A stretch of DNA of 64,000 nt from an uncultured Fretibacterium sp. (GCA_946186205.1 CAMHMH010000010.1:2777-66776); one strand, 5' to 3'; shown: positions 46,151 through 55,834, numbered from the stretch's first letter. Notes: a model not told the origin generated them from the letters alone. Translations and numbers: made by a program.

Positions 46151-47326
46151 ATGGATTACGCAAAGGAATCATTAAGGCTTCACGAGCAGTGGAAAGGCAA
46201 GATCGAAGTCATCGCAACCGTTCCCGTCAAGACAAAAGAAGATCTCTCACTCGCCTACACTCCCGGCGTTGCTGAACCCTGCCTCGCGATTCAGAAGGAT
46301 GTCAGCAAGAGCTACGACCTCACCAGACGGCACAATCTCTGCTTAGTCGTAACGGACGGAAGCGCAGTACTCGGACTCGGCGACATAGGCCCGGAAGCAG
46401 GCATGCCCGTCATGGAGGGAAAATGCGTTCTCTTCAAGTCATTCGGAGGCGTTGACGCTTTCCCCCTCTGCGTGAAAACGAAAGACGTTGACGAGTTTGT
46501 CGAGACCGTGTACAACATCTCAGGCTCATTCGGCGGGATTAACCTTGAGGATATAGCCGCGCCCCGCTGCTTTGAGATTGAGAGGAAGCTCAAAGAGAAG
46601 TGCGACATTCCGATCTTCCACGACGACCAGCACGGAACAGCCGTAATCACTCTCGCAGGACTCATCAACGCATTGAAAGTTGTCGGAAAAGACATCGGCA
46701 AAATCAAAGTTGCAGTAAACGGAGCAGGAGCCGCCGCAATCGCAATCACAAAGCTGTTAATCTCAGCAGGACTCAAGAACGTAACACTTTGCGACAGAAC
46801 CGGCATAGTCTACAAAGGACGCGAGAAGGGCATGAACTGGATCAAATCCGAAATGGCCGAAATCACTAACCCCGAAGGACTCAAAGGGACTCTTGCTGAC
46901 GCTATGAAGAGCGCGGATGTATTCATCGGAGTGTCAGCACCCAACAGCGTGACTCAGGACATGGTTCGCTCAATGGCAAAAGACCCGATAATCTTCGCAT
47001 GCGCAAACCCAACTCCCGAAATTTTCCCCGACGACGCAAAAGCAGCAGGAGCAAAAGTAATCTCAACAGGAAGAAGCGACTTCCCGAATCAGATCAACAA
47101 CGTGTTAGCATTCCCGGGAATTTTCAGAGGAACATTTGACGTGAGAGCCAGCGACATCAACGAGGCCATGAAGGTTGCAGCTTCACACGCGCTTGCGGAT
47201 TTGGTTGAACCCGAAAAGCTCGGCCCGGATTACATCATTCCGGCAGCGTTCGATCCGAGAGTCGGCCCGGCAGTGTCAAAAGCTGTTGCTGAGGCCGCGA
47301 GAAAATCAGGGGTTGCGAGGTTGTAA
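46151..47326 (+). CDS. NAD(P)-dependent malic enzyme (short form)
   Basis: ATG at 46151 follows GAGGAGGA. Motifs LSLAYTPGVA, FHDDQHGTA and VNGAGAAA are typical of malic enzymes. Confidence 0.88.
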   Translation: MDYAKESLRLHEQWKGKIEVIATVPVKTKEDLSLAYTPGVAEPCLAIQKDVSKSYDLTRRHNLCLVVTDGSAVLGLGDIGPEAGMPVMEGKCVLFKSFGGVDAFPLCVKTKDVDEFVETVYNISGSFGGINLEDIAAPRCFEIERKLKEKCDIPIFHDDQHGTAVITLAGLINALKVVGKDIGKIKVAVNGAGAAAIAITKLLISAGLKNVTLCDRTGIVYKGREKGMNWIKSEMAEITNPEGLKGTLADAMKSADVFIGVSAPNSVTQDMVRSMAKDPIIFACANPTPEIFPDDAKAAGAKVISTGRSDFPNQINNVLAFPGIFRGTFDVRASDINEAMKVAASHALADLVEPEKLGPDYIIPAAFDPRVGPAVSKAVAEAARKSGVARL

Positions 47327-47329
47327 GCA

Positions 47330-48706
47330 ATGGAAGAATACAGAGGCTTCAAGATATTCTCACTTCCTCCGAAATATTTCGCGCTGTTCGCGGTTGTCGT
47401 TCTTCTGTCTGCTATGCTTGGAGTCCTTCCTGCGGGAATGGCCGGGTGCTTTGCGTTCATGATTGTGTGCGGTGCTATCTTGCAGGAAATCGGCGACAAT
47501 CTCCCAATCGTTAATACATTCTTGGGCGGCGGCCCTGTCGTGATAATTTTCGGCATGGGATTTTTGCGCTACATGAACTTTTTCGGCGTGTTCGATGTGA
47601 TTTCCGGCTTAATCGGCAAGACTGGCTTCACAAAAATTTTGATGACGAACATCGATACGTTCTTCAAGCCTGCCGGGGCATTTCTCGATTTCTACATAGC
47701 GGCGTTAATCACAGGCTCAATTCTCGGAATGAACAGAAAACTTCTCGTCAAAGCGGCGGCGCGTTACTTCCCGGCAATTTTCGGAGCTATTGCGGTTTCG
47801 TTCGGGCTTGTGGCAATCGCGGGACATTTCAGCGGATTCGGCGTTGTGAAAGCTGTATTGCTTATCGCGCTTCCTATTATGGGCGGCGGAATGGGCGCGG
47901 GAGCAGTGCCGCTCAGCAAAATTTTCGAGTCGTCCGGCACAATGACCGCTGAAGAGGCTATCTCAATCATGAATCCCGCAGTCGCTATCGGAAATGCTAC
48001 ATCAATCGTGCTTGCTGGAATCCTAGTGAAAGTCCTTGCGTCAAAATTCTTCAACGGACAAGGCTCACTCATGAAGGCCGGCGCGAATGATGACCCGGCA
48101 GAATACGAGATTTCACCCGAAATGCAGAAGAAACGAGATCATGTTACAGTAACGAATCTCGGAATAGGACTCCTTGCCGCAACAACATTCTTCTCATGGG
48201 GCTATATCGTCGCGGGAATTTGGATCAAGCTCGTGCCTGCTGTGAACATTCATGCTTATGCGTGGATGATTATCACGGTCGCTTTGTGCAAAGTCTTCAA
48301 CGTTCTCCCCGAATTTATAGAGGTCTGCTGCTATCAGTGGTTCCAGTTCGTAATGAAGAATCTTACGTCAATGCTGATGGTTGGAATCGGACTGTGCTAT
48401 TTGAGCCTTGACGTTGTAATAAGCAGCTTCTCGATGATGTACTTGCTTATGTGCTTCCTTGCGTGTATTGGCGCGTTTGTAGGAGCGGGACTCATTGGCT
48501 CGATGGTTGGCTTCTATCCTGTTGAGGCCGGAATCACTGCGGGGCTTTGCATGTCGAACATGGGCGGCACTGGTGATGTTGCTGTGTTGTCGGCGGCTCA
48601 TCGCATGGAGCTAATGCCGTTCGCGCAGATCTCTTCACGACTCGGAGGCGCAATCATTCTCATCATTGGCTCGTTAATGCTTTCGACTCTTGGCAGTATG
48701 TTATAG
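47330..48706 (+). CDS. 2-hydroxycarboxylate transporter (2HCT; citrate/malate:cation symporter family)
   Basis: 458-aa polytopic membrane protein. The family assignment rests on overall 2HCT-like sequence character and its position next to the malic enzyme. Confidence 0.7.
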   Translation: MEEYRGFKIFSLPPKYFALFAVVVLLSAMLGVLPAGMAGCFAFMIVCGAILQEIGDNLPIVNTFLGGGPVVIIFGMGFLRYMNFFGVFDVISGLIGKTGFTKILMTNIDTFFKPAGAFLDFYIAALITGSILGMNRKLLVKAAARYFPAIFGAIAVSFGLVAIAGHFSGFGVVKAVLLIALPIMGGGMGAGAVPLSKIFESSGTMTAEEAISIMNPAVAIGNATSIVLAGILVKVLASKFFNGQGSLMKAGANDDPAEYEISPEMQKKRDHVTVTNLGIGLLAATTFFSWGYIVAGIWIKLVPAVNIHAYAWMIITVALCKVFNVLPEFIEVCCYQWFQFVMKNLTSMLMVGIGLCYLSLDVVISSFSMMYLLMCFLACIGAFVGAGLIGSMVGFYPVEAGITAGLCMSNMGGTGDVAVLSAAHRMELMPFAQISSRLGGAIILIIGSLMLSTLGSML

Positions 48707-48716
48707 GGGTGATTGA

Positions 48717-49550
48717 ATGAAGAAGTTACTGCTTGCGATTCTTGTTGCGGGAATTTTCGCGAGTTCTGCGTTCGGAGCAGGCATGAGAATGGGAGCTTTG
48801 ACACAGCAGAATATGAGCGCGGAAGAGTTCGCAGAGTTCATAAAGTCCCAGGAGAGAAATTTTTTCGGCTGGAAGATTATGAACACAAATCACAGACTCG
48901 ATGACACATTCACATATTTTGACTCTCTAACGTCTATGATTATGGCTCTTCACTCCGGGAAAATTGACGAGGCCGCACTCCCTGAACCTGTCGCCGAATA
49001 CGTCAAGACAACTGACGCGGGAGTCGAAATTTCCTGCGCGCTACATTCGAGAACGACTCACCTTGCGTTAGGATTCAGGAGTGATGACTCAGGTCAGAGA
49101 CTCTGCGATATGGTCAACGGGGCATTATCGGCCATGAAAGGAGACAGGAGACTCAGCATTCTCACGTCAAAATATCTTCACCGCCCCGCAACAACACTCC
49201 CGGCTGCTGAGTCATTCGCGAGTTTTCCCGGTGCTGAAACGGTGAAAGTTGCTGTTACTGGTGATCTTCCTCCGCTCGACATGATTGCGCCTGACGGAAA
49301 GCCGATAGGGTATAACACCGCTGTGTTGTCGGAAATCGGCAGGAGAATGGGAGTCAACATTGAGCTTGTGAACATTGACTCAGGAGCAAGAACAAGCGCG
49401 TTAATGTCCGGGAGAGTCGACGCTGTTTTCTGGTATCAGGTCTGGGAAGGAGTCGAGAAACAGCCCGACGCGCCCGCAGGAGTCCTTCTCTCTGAGCCTT
49501 ATTACGAGTGGGATACGTTCCTTCACTTGAGGCATTACGTGAGGGACTGA
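48717..49550 (+). CDS. Secreted protein with a family-3 solute-binding (amino-acid ABC SBP-like) domain
   Basis: Signal peptide. The C-terminal half (VKVAVTGDLPPLDMIAPDGKPIGYNTAVLSEIGRRMGVNIELV...GRVDAV) resembles the SBP_bac_3 N-lobe. Confidence 0.55.
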   Translation: MKKLLLAILVAGIFASSAFGAGMRMGALTQQNMSAEEFAEFIKSQERNFFGWKIMNTNHRLDDTFTYFDSLTSMIMALHSGKIDEAALPEPVAEYVKTTDAGVEISCALHSRTTHLALGFRSDDSGQRLCDMVNGALSAMKGDRRLSILTSKYLHRPATTLPAAESFASFPGAETVKVAVTGDLPPLDMIAPDGKPIGYNTAVLSEIGRRMGVNIELVNIDSGARTSALMSGRVDAVFWYQVWEGVEKQPDAPAGVLLSEPYYEWDTFLHLRHYVRD

Positions 49551-49554
49551 ATGA

Positions 49555-50163
49555 ATGTCCTGCCTTGAATGCAAAAGTGATTCGCCCGGCGCGATAAGAT
49601 TCCGTTTGCTTGAAGTTCACACTCTGCACATAAGGGACTTTGACGGCGAGAAAATTATTCAGGCATTAGGCGAGTTTCAGAATTACGAAATTTGTACGGC
49701 CTGCGCTCTTGAGGGGGCGCGGGTCTTTCTTTATCCGGCAAAATTGATACTGTCGAAATGTTTCGCGTTCTTCATGCTGATACTTGCGGGAATGATTCTG
49801 ACTCTCTTGCTTACGGTTAATGACTCATGGCCGGGGCTTGAAGGATTATTCCCGGTGAAAGTAATCGGGCCTCTTGCTGTCATTGTGGGACTGTCGGGAA
49901 TTTTCGCGAATGTCCGGGAGATTCTGAGAGTCCGCGAGTCCGTCAGCAAAATGAATCATGACGAGGCACTTCACTTTTCAGCATACAGGCTCATCATCGA
50001 GAACGCTCCGAAAAAATACAATGACAACGACATAACATATATCCCCGTCAGCAAAGAGACTCAGAGAATGAGTCCTTCACAGCTTGCGGAGAAATACAAT
50101 CTTCTTTCAGCAGTCGCAGTTAAAGCGCATAAACTTATAGAGGAGGAAAAAATAAATGAGTGA
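49555..50163 (+). CDS. Hypothetical membrane protein with an N-terminal Cys pair region
   Basis: 202-aa ORF. CLEC...CTAC motif, two TM helices and tight spacing with its neighbours. Confidence 0.4.
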   Translation: MSCLECKSDSPGAIRFRLLEVHTLHIRDFDGEKIIQALGEFQNYEICTACALEGARVFLYPAKLILSKCFAFFMLILAGMILTLLLTVNDSWPGLEGLFPVKVIGPLAVIVGLSGIFANVREILRVRESVSKMNHDEALHFSAYRLIIENAPKKYNDNDITYIPVSKETQRMSPSQLAEKYNLLSAVAVKAHKLIEEEKINE

Positions 50164-51097
50164 AAGTTTCATAGCGGCGTTGACCGTAGTAAGTCCGATG
50201 ATGATATTGATGATAATCGGCTGGCTTTGCAGGACAAAAGGGGTAATAACGCGCCCGGCTATGAAGGAATATGACAGGCTGATATTCCGGGTTTTTATGC
50301 CGCTGCTGTTGTTCAAGAATATATACGAGATAAATTTTTCGGGAGGCATTGCGGTGAAAGAGATGGTATTCACGGCTGTGTGCCTTCTGATAATGTTCGC
50401 ATTGTGCCTCGACTGCCCGCGATACTTGACGAGAGACCTGCGCAAGTCTTCAGTGATAGGCCAGGCGATCGTGAGAGGGAACTACGTAATATTCGGCGTG
50501 GTTGTGTCGGAAGCGTTATACGGCGAGGGCAATATAGGTGTAGTGATAATGATGAGCATGTTAGTTGTGCCGATGGTCAATATATTCTCTGCGATAATAC
50601 TTGAGGCAGGGCGTTCGGGGAAATCGAGTCCGGCAAAATTATTCCTCGCTGTGCTGAAGAACCCCATGATAATCGGAGCAATATGCGCGTTCATAGTGAA
50701 GGGATTCGGGATAAAGATTCCGGCTGTATTGTGGTCAGTGATTCGGAGCATAGCAAACTCAACGACGACAATCAGCTTTATTTCTCTCGGTGTTGGTCTC
50801 GACATGGCCGACGCGATTGCAGACAGGAGGCTTCTTGCGTGGGGAGTGATTCTGCGGATGATAATTTTGCCGGGAGTCATGCTGCCTCTTGCGGTGATTT
50901 CGGGGTTCAGGGGTCAGAGTCTTTGTGCGATGATGGTAACGTTTGCGGCTCCGTCGGCGGTTGCGTCATATCCTATGGCGGTTGCGATGGGTGCTGACGG
51001 ACAATTGGCGGGACAGCTTGTTTGCGCGACAACAATAATTTCTGTGATAACGATATTTTTGTGGACGTTCGCATTCAAGAGTCTCGGCTTGATGTAG
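50156..51097 (+). CDS. AEC (auxin efflux carrier) family transporter
   Basis: 313-aa 10-TM-like protein with typical AEC N- and C-terminal repeats. Overlaps the previous gene by 8 nt. Confidence 0.7.
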   Translation: MSESFIAALTVVSPMMILMIIGWLCRTKGVITRPAMKEYDRLIFRVFMPLLLFKNIYEINFSGGIAVKEMVFTAVCLLIMFALCLDCPRYLTRDLRKSSVIGQAIVRGNYVIFGVVVSEALYGEGNIGVVIMMSMLVVPMVNIFSAIILEAGRSGKSSPAKLFLAVLKNPMIIGAICAFIVKGFGIKIPAVLWSVIRSIANSTTTISFISLGVGLDMADAIADRRLLAWGVILRMIILPGVMLPLAVISGFRGQSLCAMMVTFAAPSAVASYPMAVAMGADGQLAGQLVCATTIISVITIFLWTFAFKSLGLM

Positions 51098-51130
51098 AAT
51101 GACACGATAACAATATGAGGAGTGATATTT

Positions 51131-51352
51131 ATGGAACAGGTAAGAGAACCCAAAATTGACTGGCGCAACATTCGGATTTACGACGAGGACGGAACGCAGA
51201 TAAAGAATCCCCGGACTCTGCGCTCAATGGCCGAAGCAATGGAACTCGCAGACGCATGGGAGAAACGCATGGAAAGCTATCACCTTGAGGAAATATTCGG
51301 CGATGATAACGAGGAGGACGGAGAAATTGACACCGACGAAGAAAACTCCTGA
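51131..51352 (+). CDS. Putative antitoxin with an acidic tail (unrecognised family)
   Basis: 73 aa. GAGGAG lies 8 nt before the ATG. Sits immediately upstream of, or overlapping, a YafQ-type toxin gene. DDNEEDGEIDTDEENS tail. Confidence 0.45.
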   Translation: MEQVREPKIDWRNIRIYDEDGTQIKNPRTLRSMAEAMELADAWEKRMESYHLEEIFGDDNEEDGEIDTDEENS

Positions 51353-51659
51353 GAGGAAGCGCACGCCGTTTCCCCGAGAAGTATTGTACACAAAAGATTT
51401 CGTTGATGACTGGGAAAAACTTTCGCGTTCCGGCAAGCACGACATGAACCGCATCAAGGAAGTAATATCACTTCTTGTGAAGAATAACGGCTCACTTCCG
51501 GCTGAATGGCGAGACCATGAACTTAAAGGCGAATGGAACGAATTTCGTGAATGCCACGTGAAAGGCGATCTTCTTGTGGTGTATCAGGTACGCAAGAAAT
51601 CATACTGTGAAGTGCTGATATTCTCCAACATCGGCACACACTCAGAAATATTCGGGTAA
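51285..51659 (+). CDS. Type II toxin, YafQ/RelE superfamily (start uncertain: ATG 51285/51303 or TTG 51384)
   Basis: REVLYTKDFVDDWEKLSRSGKHDMNRIKEVISLL...WRDHELKGEWNEFRECHVKGDLLVVYQV...NIGTHSEIFG matches the YafQ pattern (DHxLxG...RExH...D.LL.Y...G(T/S)HSE(L/I)F). Confidence 0.75.
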   Translation: MRKYSAMITRRTEKLTPTKKTPERKRTPFPREVLYTKDFVDDWEKLSRSGKHDMNRIKEVISLLVKNNGSLPAEWRDHELKGEWNEFRECHVKGDLLVVYQVRKKSYCEVLIFSNIGTHSEIFG

Positions 51660-51665
51660 CAAAAA

Positions 51666-51693
51666 ACTCCGGGAGATTTGAGTCTCTCGGAGT
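51666..51693. terminator. Bidirectional Rho-independent terminator
   Basis: ACTCCGGGAGA-tttgag-TCTCTCGGAGT hairpin preceded by A6, between the convergent toxin and pilin genes. Confidence 0.6.
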
Positions 51694-51725
51694 TCGCTGT
51701 CTGATGTGCTTGTGTGGTGTGTTAG

Positions 51726-52301
51726 TTAGTTTGTGAATATCGCAGTATCTACAGGCTCAATTATGCCGGAGAGGAGTTTGACTTGGAATGAGTTAGTAGT
51801 GTTGGTAATAATGTCAGTCGCTGTATCACTTGCGGGAGTTTCAGGATTCTCTGCTGCATCAGTATGGACATTATATTTGCCGTAGCCTTTTATCGCCTGC
51901 AATGCTGTTCTGATGTCGTCCTTGTCTGAGTCTCCGCTGAAATCTACCTTGACTATCCATGTTGTAGGCCCCGCGTTTGGAGCTGTAGCGTTATGTGCCG
52001 TATACTTAATTGCCCGTGTATCAGTGCCATCACCATCATACTTAATGTCATACCACGTGGGCAGGGACAATGACAATACCGTATCCGTTGTAACATTAGT
52101 AAGATCTTCGCCCGAATGGTTAGTTGCATACAAGACAGCCGCCGCCCTCATCGCGTTTACGTTTGAAGCTATCGTTGATGCCTTTGCCTTTGCTGATGCT
52201 CCCTGCATGGAAATCGTCATGCTTGCAGTAAGAGTCGCCAAAATAGCCACTACAATGAGCAGCTCAACCAACGTGAAACCTTTGCGTGATGTTTTCATCA
52301 C
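51726..52301 (-). CDS. Prepilin-type N-terminal cleavage/methylation domain protein (type IV pilin/pseudopilin)
   Basis: MMKTSRKG|FTLVELLIVVAILATL class III signal peptide. Confidence 0.85.
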   Translation of the reverse strand: MMKTSRKGFTLVELLIVVAILATLTASMTISMQGASAKAKASTIASNVNAMRAAAVLYATNHSGEDLTNVTTDTVLSLSLPTWYDIKYDGDGTDTRAIKYTAHNATAPNAGPTTWIVKVDFSGDSDKDDIRTALQAIKGYGKYNVHTDAAENPETPASDTATDIITNTTNSFQVKLLSGIIEPVDTAIFTN

Positions 52302-52598
52302 TTTTCAACCTCCTATAATCGAACACACAATTTGTTTTGAAACATTCCGCACAGTACGTTCATCAAATACGCCCCGCCTATTGAGCGCAAATGACTACAT
52401 GAACTGCAAACCCTTAACGCTTTGTTGCCTTTGAAACTTTTGGAACTTTTTTCTTTGGATGAGTGAATTTTATCATCTGCTGATTAATTCGGCAATACGA
52501 AAATTAATCCTTAACACAAAATCTAATCTCTTTATATTTTATACGTTGCTCTTTTCGTGAAACTTGAAACTGAGTCAGCCCCTCAAAATTTCAGCGCA

Positions 52599-52637
52599 CA
52601 AAAAATCCCGGCCATTTCGTTTTTCATGACCGGGAAA
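52599..52637 (-). terminator. Rho-independent terminator for the minus-strand TRAP operon
   Basis: On the minus strand: TCCCGGTC-atgaaaaacgaaatg-GCCGGGA followed by T6. Confidence 0.55.
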
Positions 52638-52745
52638 TTTATTGCCGATTCGATTCTTGTCTGGCAGTTCACTTCTTAGCGTCTCGATTTTGAGCTGCCG
52701 ATTTGCTTCTTAATGACTCGATACTGAGTCGCCGATTCGATTCTT
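52638..52745 (-). repeat. Three copies of the short repeat core GCCGATT(C/T)G(A/C)TTCTT (inverted relative to 31511-31655)
   Basis: TTATTGCCGATTCGATTCTTGTC, GAGCTGCCGATTTGCTTCTTAATGACTC and GAGTCGCCGATTCGATTCTTACTC. The last copy abuts the dctP stop codon. Confidence 0.7.
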
Positions 52746-53847
52746 ACTCAGCGGGAACGGGAGCGGGTGTTTCACTCTGGGACGGTGCTTTCTTCTGAGC
52801 GTCATCGATAGCTGTTGCGGGTTTGGGCTTTGAGGCTTCTGCTACTTCTTCAAGACTCTTCTCAAGCGTCGAGGCGAGTCCGTTCGTAGCTGTATCGATT
52901 CTCTTGTACAGATCCTTCACTCCCTGAACCGCAAGCACATCGCTGAAGAATGAATTATCGTACTCAATCATCTTCATTCCGCCTTTTACGAGGATTGCCT
53001 TGTTGCTCTTGTCGATCTCCTCAAGTTTCGGGCGCATTTCCTGCAACGCTTCAGCTACTGCCTTGTCGAGGACTGCTCTGTGTTCGGGCTTGAGTGCCTT
53101 ATAGATTTTGTCGTTGATGCAGATCTGGTTGCAGTAGAGTATGTGATTCGTGCAGGCGAGGAATTTCTGTACTTCCTCAAAGTGCGCGCCCACGCATGTG
53201 TCTGCGGCGTTCTCCTGAGCGTTTACCGTTCCGCTCTGAAGTGAGAAGTAAAGCTCGCCCCATGCAAGCGGTGTAGGTTCCGCGCCGATTGCCGTCCAAA
53301 AGTCCATGTGATTCTTGTTCTCCATCGTTCTTATCTGAAGCCCGGTGAAGTCCGTCAGAGTCTCAAGGTCTTTATTGGCCGTCGCGAGTCTGTACGTTGC
53401 GTTCTGCATGAAGCCGAGAAGGTGAAGCCCGGCCTTTTCGTAAGCTGCTGACATTTTGCGGTGAAACTCCGAGTCGCCGTTCAAAACTTTGTCGATCGTA
53501 TCGCCGTCGTATCTCGCGAAAACCATCGGCAAATCGAACACTGCCATCTCGGGAATGAATGACACTATCGGGGCTGTCTGGCATACTGTGATTGCTATAT
53601 ATCCCTTCTGAGCCTGACGGAGCAAATCAGCGTCCCCGCCTAATTCGCCGTTAGGGAAATAGTCAATCACGAGTCCCGCGTTTGCTGCCTTAACTTTTGA
53701 CTGAATGAGCTGCGCAAATACCTGGCCTGCCGCGCCCTTTGCTGTTGTGTCGGCGGTAACAAGCCATACTTCATCAAATTCCGACGCTCCGAAAGCACAC
53801 GAGCCGAGCGCAAGAACAACCATAAGGGCAATGATAAATTTTCTCAT
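52744..53847 (-). CDS. dctP: TRAP transporter substrate-binding protein with a low-complexity C-terminal extension
   Basis: Signal peptide, DctP-like fold signature regions, and a tail KPKPATAIDDAQKKAPSQSETPAPVPAE. Confidence 0.85.
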   Translation of the reverse strand: MRKFIIALMVVLALGSCAFGASEFDEVWLVTADTTAKGAAGQVFAQLIQSKVKAANAGLVIDYFPNGELGGDADLLRQAQKGYIAITVCQTAPIVSFIPEMAVFDLPMVFARYDGDTIDKVLNGDSEFHRKMSAAYEKAGLHLLGFMQNATYRLATANKDLETLTDFTGLQIRTMENKNHMDFWTAIGAEPTPLAWGELYFSLQSGTVNAQENAADTCVGAHFEEVQKFLACTNHILYCNQICINDKIYKALKPEHRAVLDKAVAEALQEMRPKLEEIDKSNKAILVKGGMKMIEYDNSFFSDVLAVQGVKDLYKRIDTATNGLASTLEKSLEEVAEASKPKPATAIDDAQKKAPSQSETPAPVPAE

Positions 53848-53859
53848 AGTTTTACCCTC

Positions 53860-55161
53860 CTAATATGCAAGCCACGTGCTTATTGACGGGATATAGACAA
53901 TCAACGCCAATGAGATCAAGAATGCCACGATGAACGGGAAAGCCCTCTTTGCGACATCCATCGGCTGATCCTGCGAAATATTTCCGGCAACGAACAAATC
54001 GAGTCCGAACGGAGGAGTCGCAAGTCCTATCGACAGGCAGCACACGAGGACAACACCGAAATGCACCTCATTAACACCGAGCATTTTCACAGCAGGAAGG
54101 AGAACGGGAGCGAGAATGATAATCGCCGGGCCAGTGTCCATAATCATGCCGAGTATCAAGAATATAATCGTGCATACGCTGAGGACTGCTATGTCGCTGT
54201 GGAAGTTGTTCAGAATGAAATCCTGCACTGCTGACGTTGCATGTGTGAGAGACAATACGCGCCCGAATGCCGTTGCGAATGCGAGAATGAACGCGAGTCC
54301 GCCGTAAGTTTTCACCGAGCTGATGAGGAACGCAGGAAGAGCAGAGAATTTTATTGTGCGCTCAATGAAGAGACATACTATTATTGCGTAGAAGACTGAG
54401 ACAACAGCCGCTTCAGTCGGTGTGAAGAATCCCGAATAGATACCGCCGAGAATGATTAACGGACATAGCAACGCCCAGAATGAATCCTTCAGGAGGGGCA
54501 TGAATCCGTTCGCGCTGATCTCGTCAAGCCTTTTCTGAGTCTTCTCGTTAATCTCCGCTTTGTTGTCTTTGTTCGTAGCGCAGTAGAAAACCGCATAGGC
54601 CATGAGGAACAATCCGATTAAAATTCCGGGGAAGACTCCGCCTAAGAATAATTTGCCGGTTGAGACTCCTGTTGCGAGTGAGTAAAGGACGAAAGGAATC
54701 GACGGGGGAATTATGACTCCGAGTCCGCCCGCGACTGCGATAAGTCCTGCCGCCCATGTCTTGTTGTAGCCTAAGTCAACCATGAACGGAATGCACATCG
54801 CGCCGACAGCCGCCGTTGTTGCAGGGCCTGAACCCGAAATTGCGCCGTAGAACAGGCACGTCAAAACTACAGCGCAGGGAACTCCGCCCGTGAAGCGTCC
54901 GACAAAGTACGAGAAGAAGTTGAAGAGCTTCTTTGAGATTCCGCCCTCGGCCATGATGACTCCGCCGAGAATGAACAGGGGAACCGCAAGAATCGGTGTT
55001 GAGTTTGCGCCGGATAATGTGTTGTCGACAATCTGAGGAATGACTCCGCCTCTGCCCATCATGAGAATGGGTGCGACTGAGCCGAGAATCATGCTTACTC
55101 CGATGGGTATCGAGAGTACTATTGCTACGAGAAATACTACGAATACGAGTAACGCCGCCAT
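53860..55161 (-). CDS. dctM: TRAP transporter large permease
   Basis: 433-aa polytopic membrane protein, the typical DctM size, positioned between the Q and P subunit genes. Confidence 0.88.
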   Translation of the reverse strand: MAALLVFVVFLVAIVLSIPIGVSMILGSVAPILMMGRGGVIPQIVDNTLSGANSTPILAVPLFILGGVIMAEGGISKKLFNFFSYFVGRFTGGVPCAVVLTCLFYGAISGSGPATTAAVGAMCIPFMVDLGYNKTWAAGLIAVAGGLGVIIPPSIPFVLYSLATGVSTGKLFLGGVFPGILIGLFLMAYAVFYCATNKDNKAEINEKTQKRLDEISANGFMPLLKDSFWALLCPLIILGGIYSGFFTPTEAAVVSVFYAIIVCLFIERTIKFSALPAFLISSVKTYGGLAFILAFATAFGRVLSLTHATSAVQDFILNNFHSDIAVLSVCTIIFLILGMIMDTGPAIIILAPVLLPAVKMLGVNEVHFGVVLVCCLSIGLATPPFGLDLFVAGNISQDQPMDVAKRAFPFIVAFLISLALIVYIPSISTWLAY

Positions 55162-55164
55162 TGA

Positions 55165-55737
55165 TTACTTCGCCCCCTCTGCTTTTGCTGCCGCTTCAAG
55201 TTCGGCCTTTGCGTCAAGCTGTGTCTGCTCAAGAGTCGTAAGCTCCCTCTCGTTAAACTTGCTGAGATGGATAAAGAACATCTGAACCGCCCTGAGAGTC
55301 GCCAGGCAGAACCCGAAAAGCCCGACCGCGTACAGCCACCACATCGGCCAGTTCATAGCCGGGGAAGTCTCAGCCTTCGCGCCTTCAAGCATTTCACCCG
55401 CTGACCATCTGAGGCACTCTATGCAGTGATACGCAAGAAGAGCCATGCACACACCCACGATAACGTCGACACAAAGATTAATGACCTTGCGGAGTTTTTC
55501 GGGAAGAAGGTCAATTACGACATTTACGCGGAGCATGTTTGCTTTTCTGACTGTGTAGGGAAGGGAGATAAATACGCTCATTATCCACATGAAGCGCGAG
55601 AACTCCTCAGCCCATGTAAGCGACGGCAAAAACGGAATCTTTCTGACGATAACCTGAAGCATCATGACACATGCAATCAGTATCAGAAATATGACCATTA
55701 AGCACTCTTCGAAATGCTCATCAAGCCATTTGAACAT
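55165..55737 (-). CDS. dctQ: TRAP transporter small permease
   Basis: 190 aa with 4 TM helices, immediately upstream of dctM. Confidence 0.8.
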   Translation of the reverse strand: MFKWLDEHFEECLMVIFLILIACVMMLQVIVRKIPFLPSLTWAEEFSRFMWIMSVFISLPYTVRKANMLRVNVVIDLLPEKLRKVINLCVDVIVGVCMALLAYHCIECLRWSAGEMLEGAKAETSPAMNWPMWWLYAVGLFGFCLATLRAVQMFFIHLSKFNERELTTLEQTQLDAKAELEAAAKAEGAK

Positions 55738-55834
55738 GTAGAATATTCCTCCTTGTGTTTATAGTGATTAAGGGATTAGGGACAAGGGGTAGGGAATAGC
55801 TGTACCCTGTATCCTGTACCCTGTCCCCTAGCCT

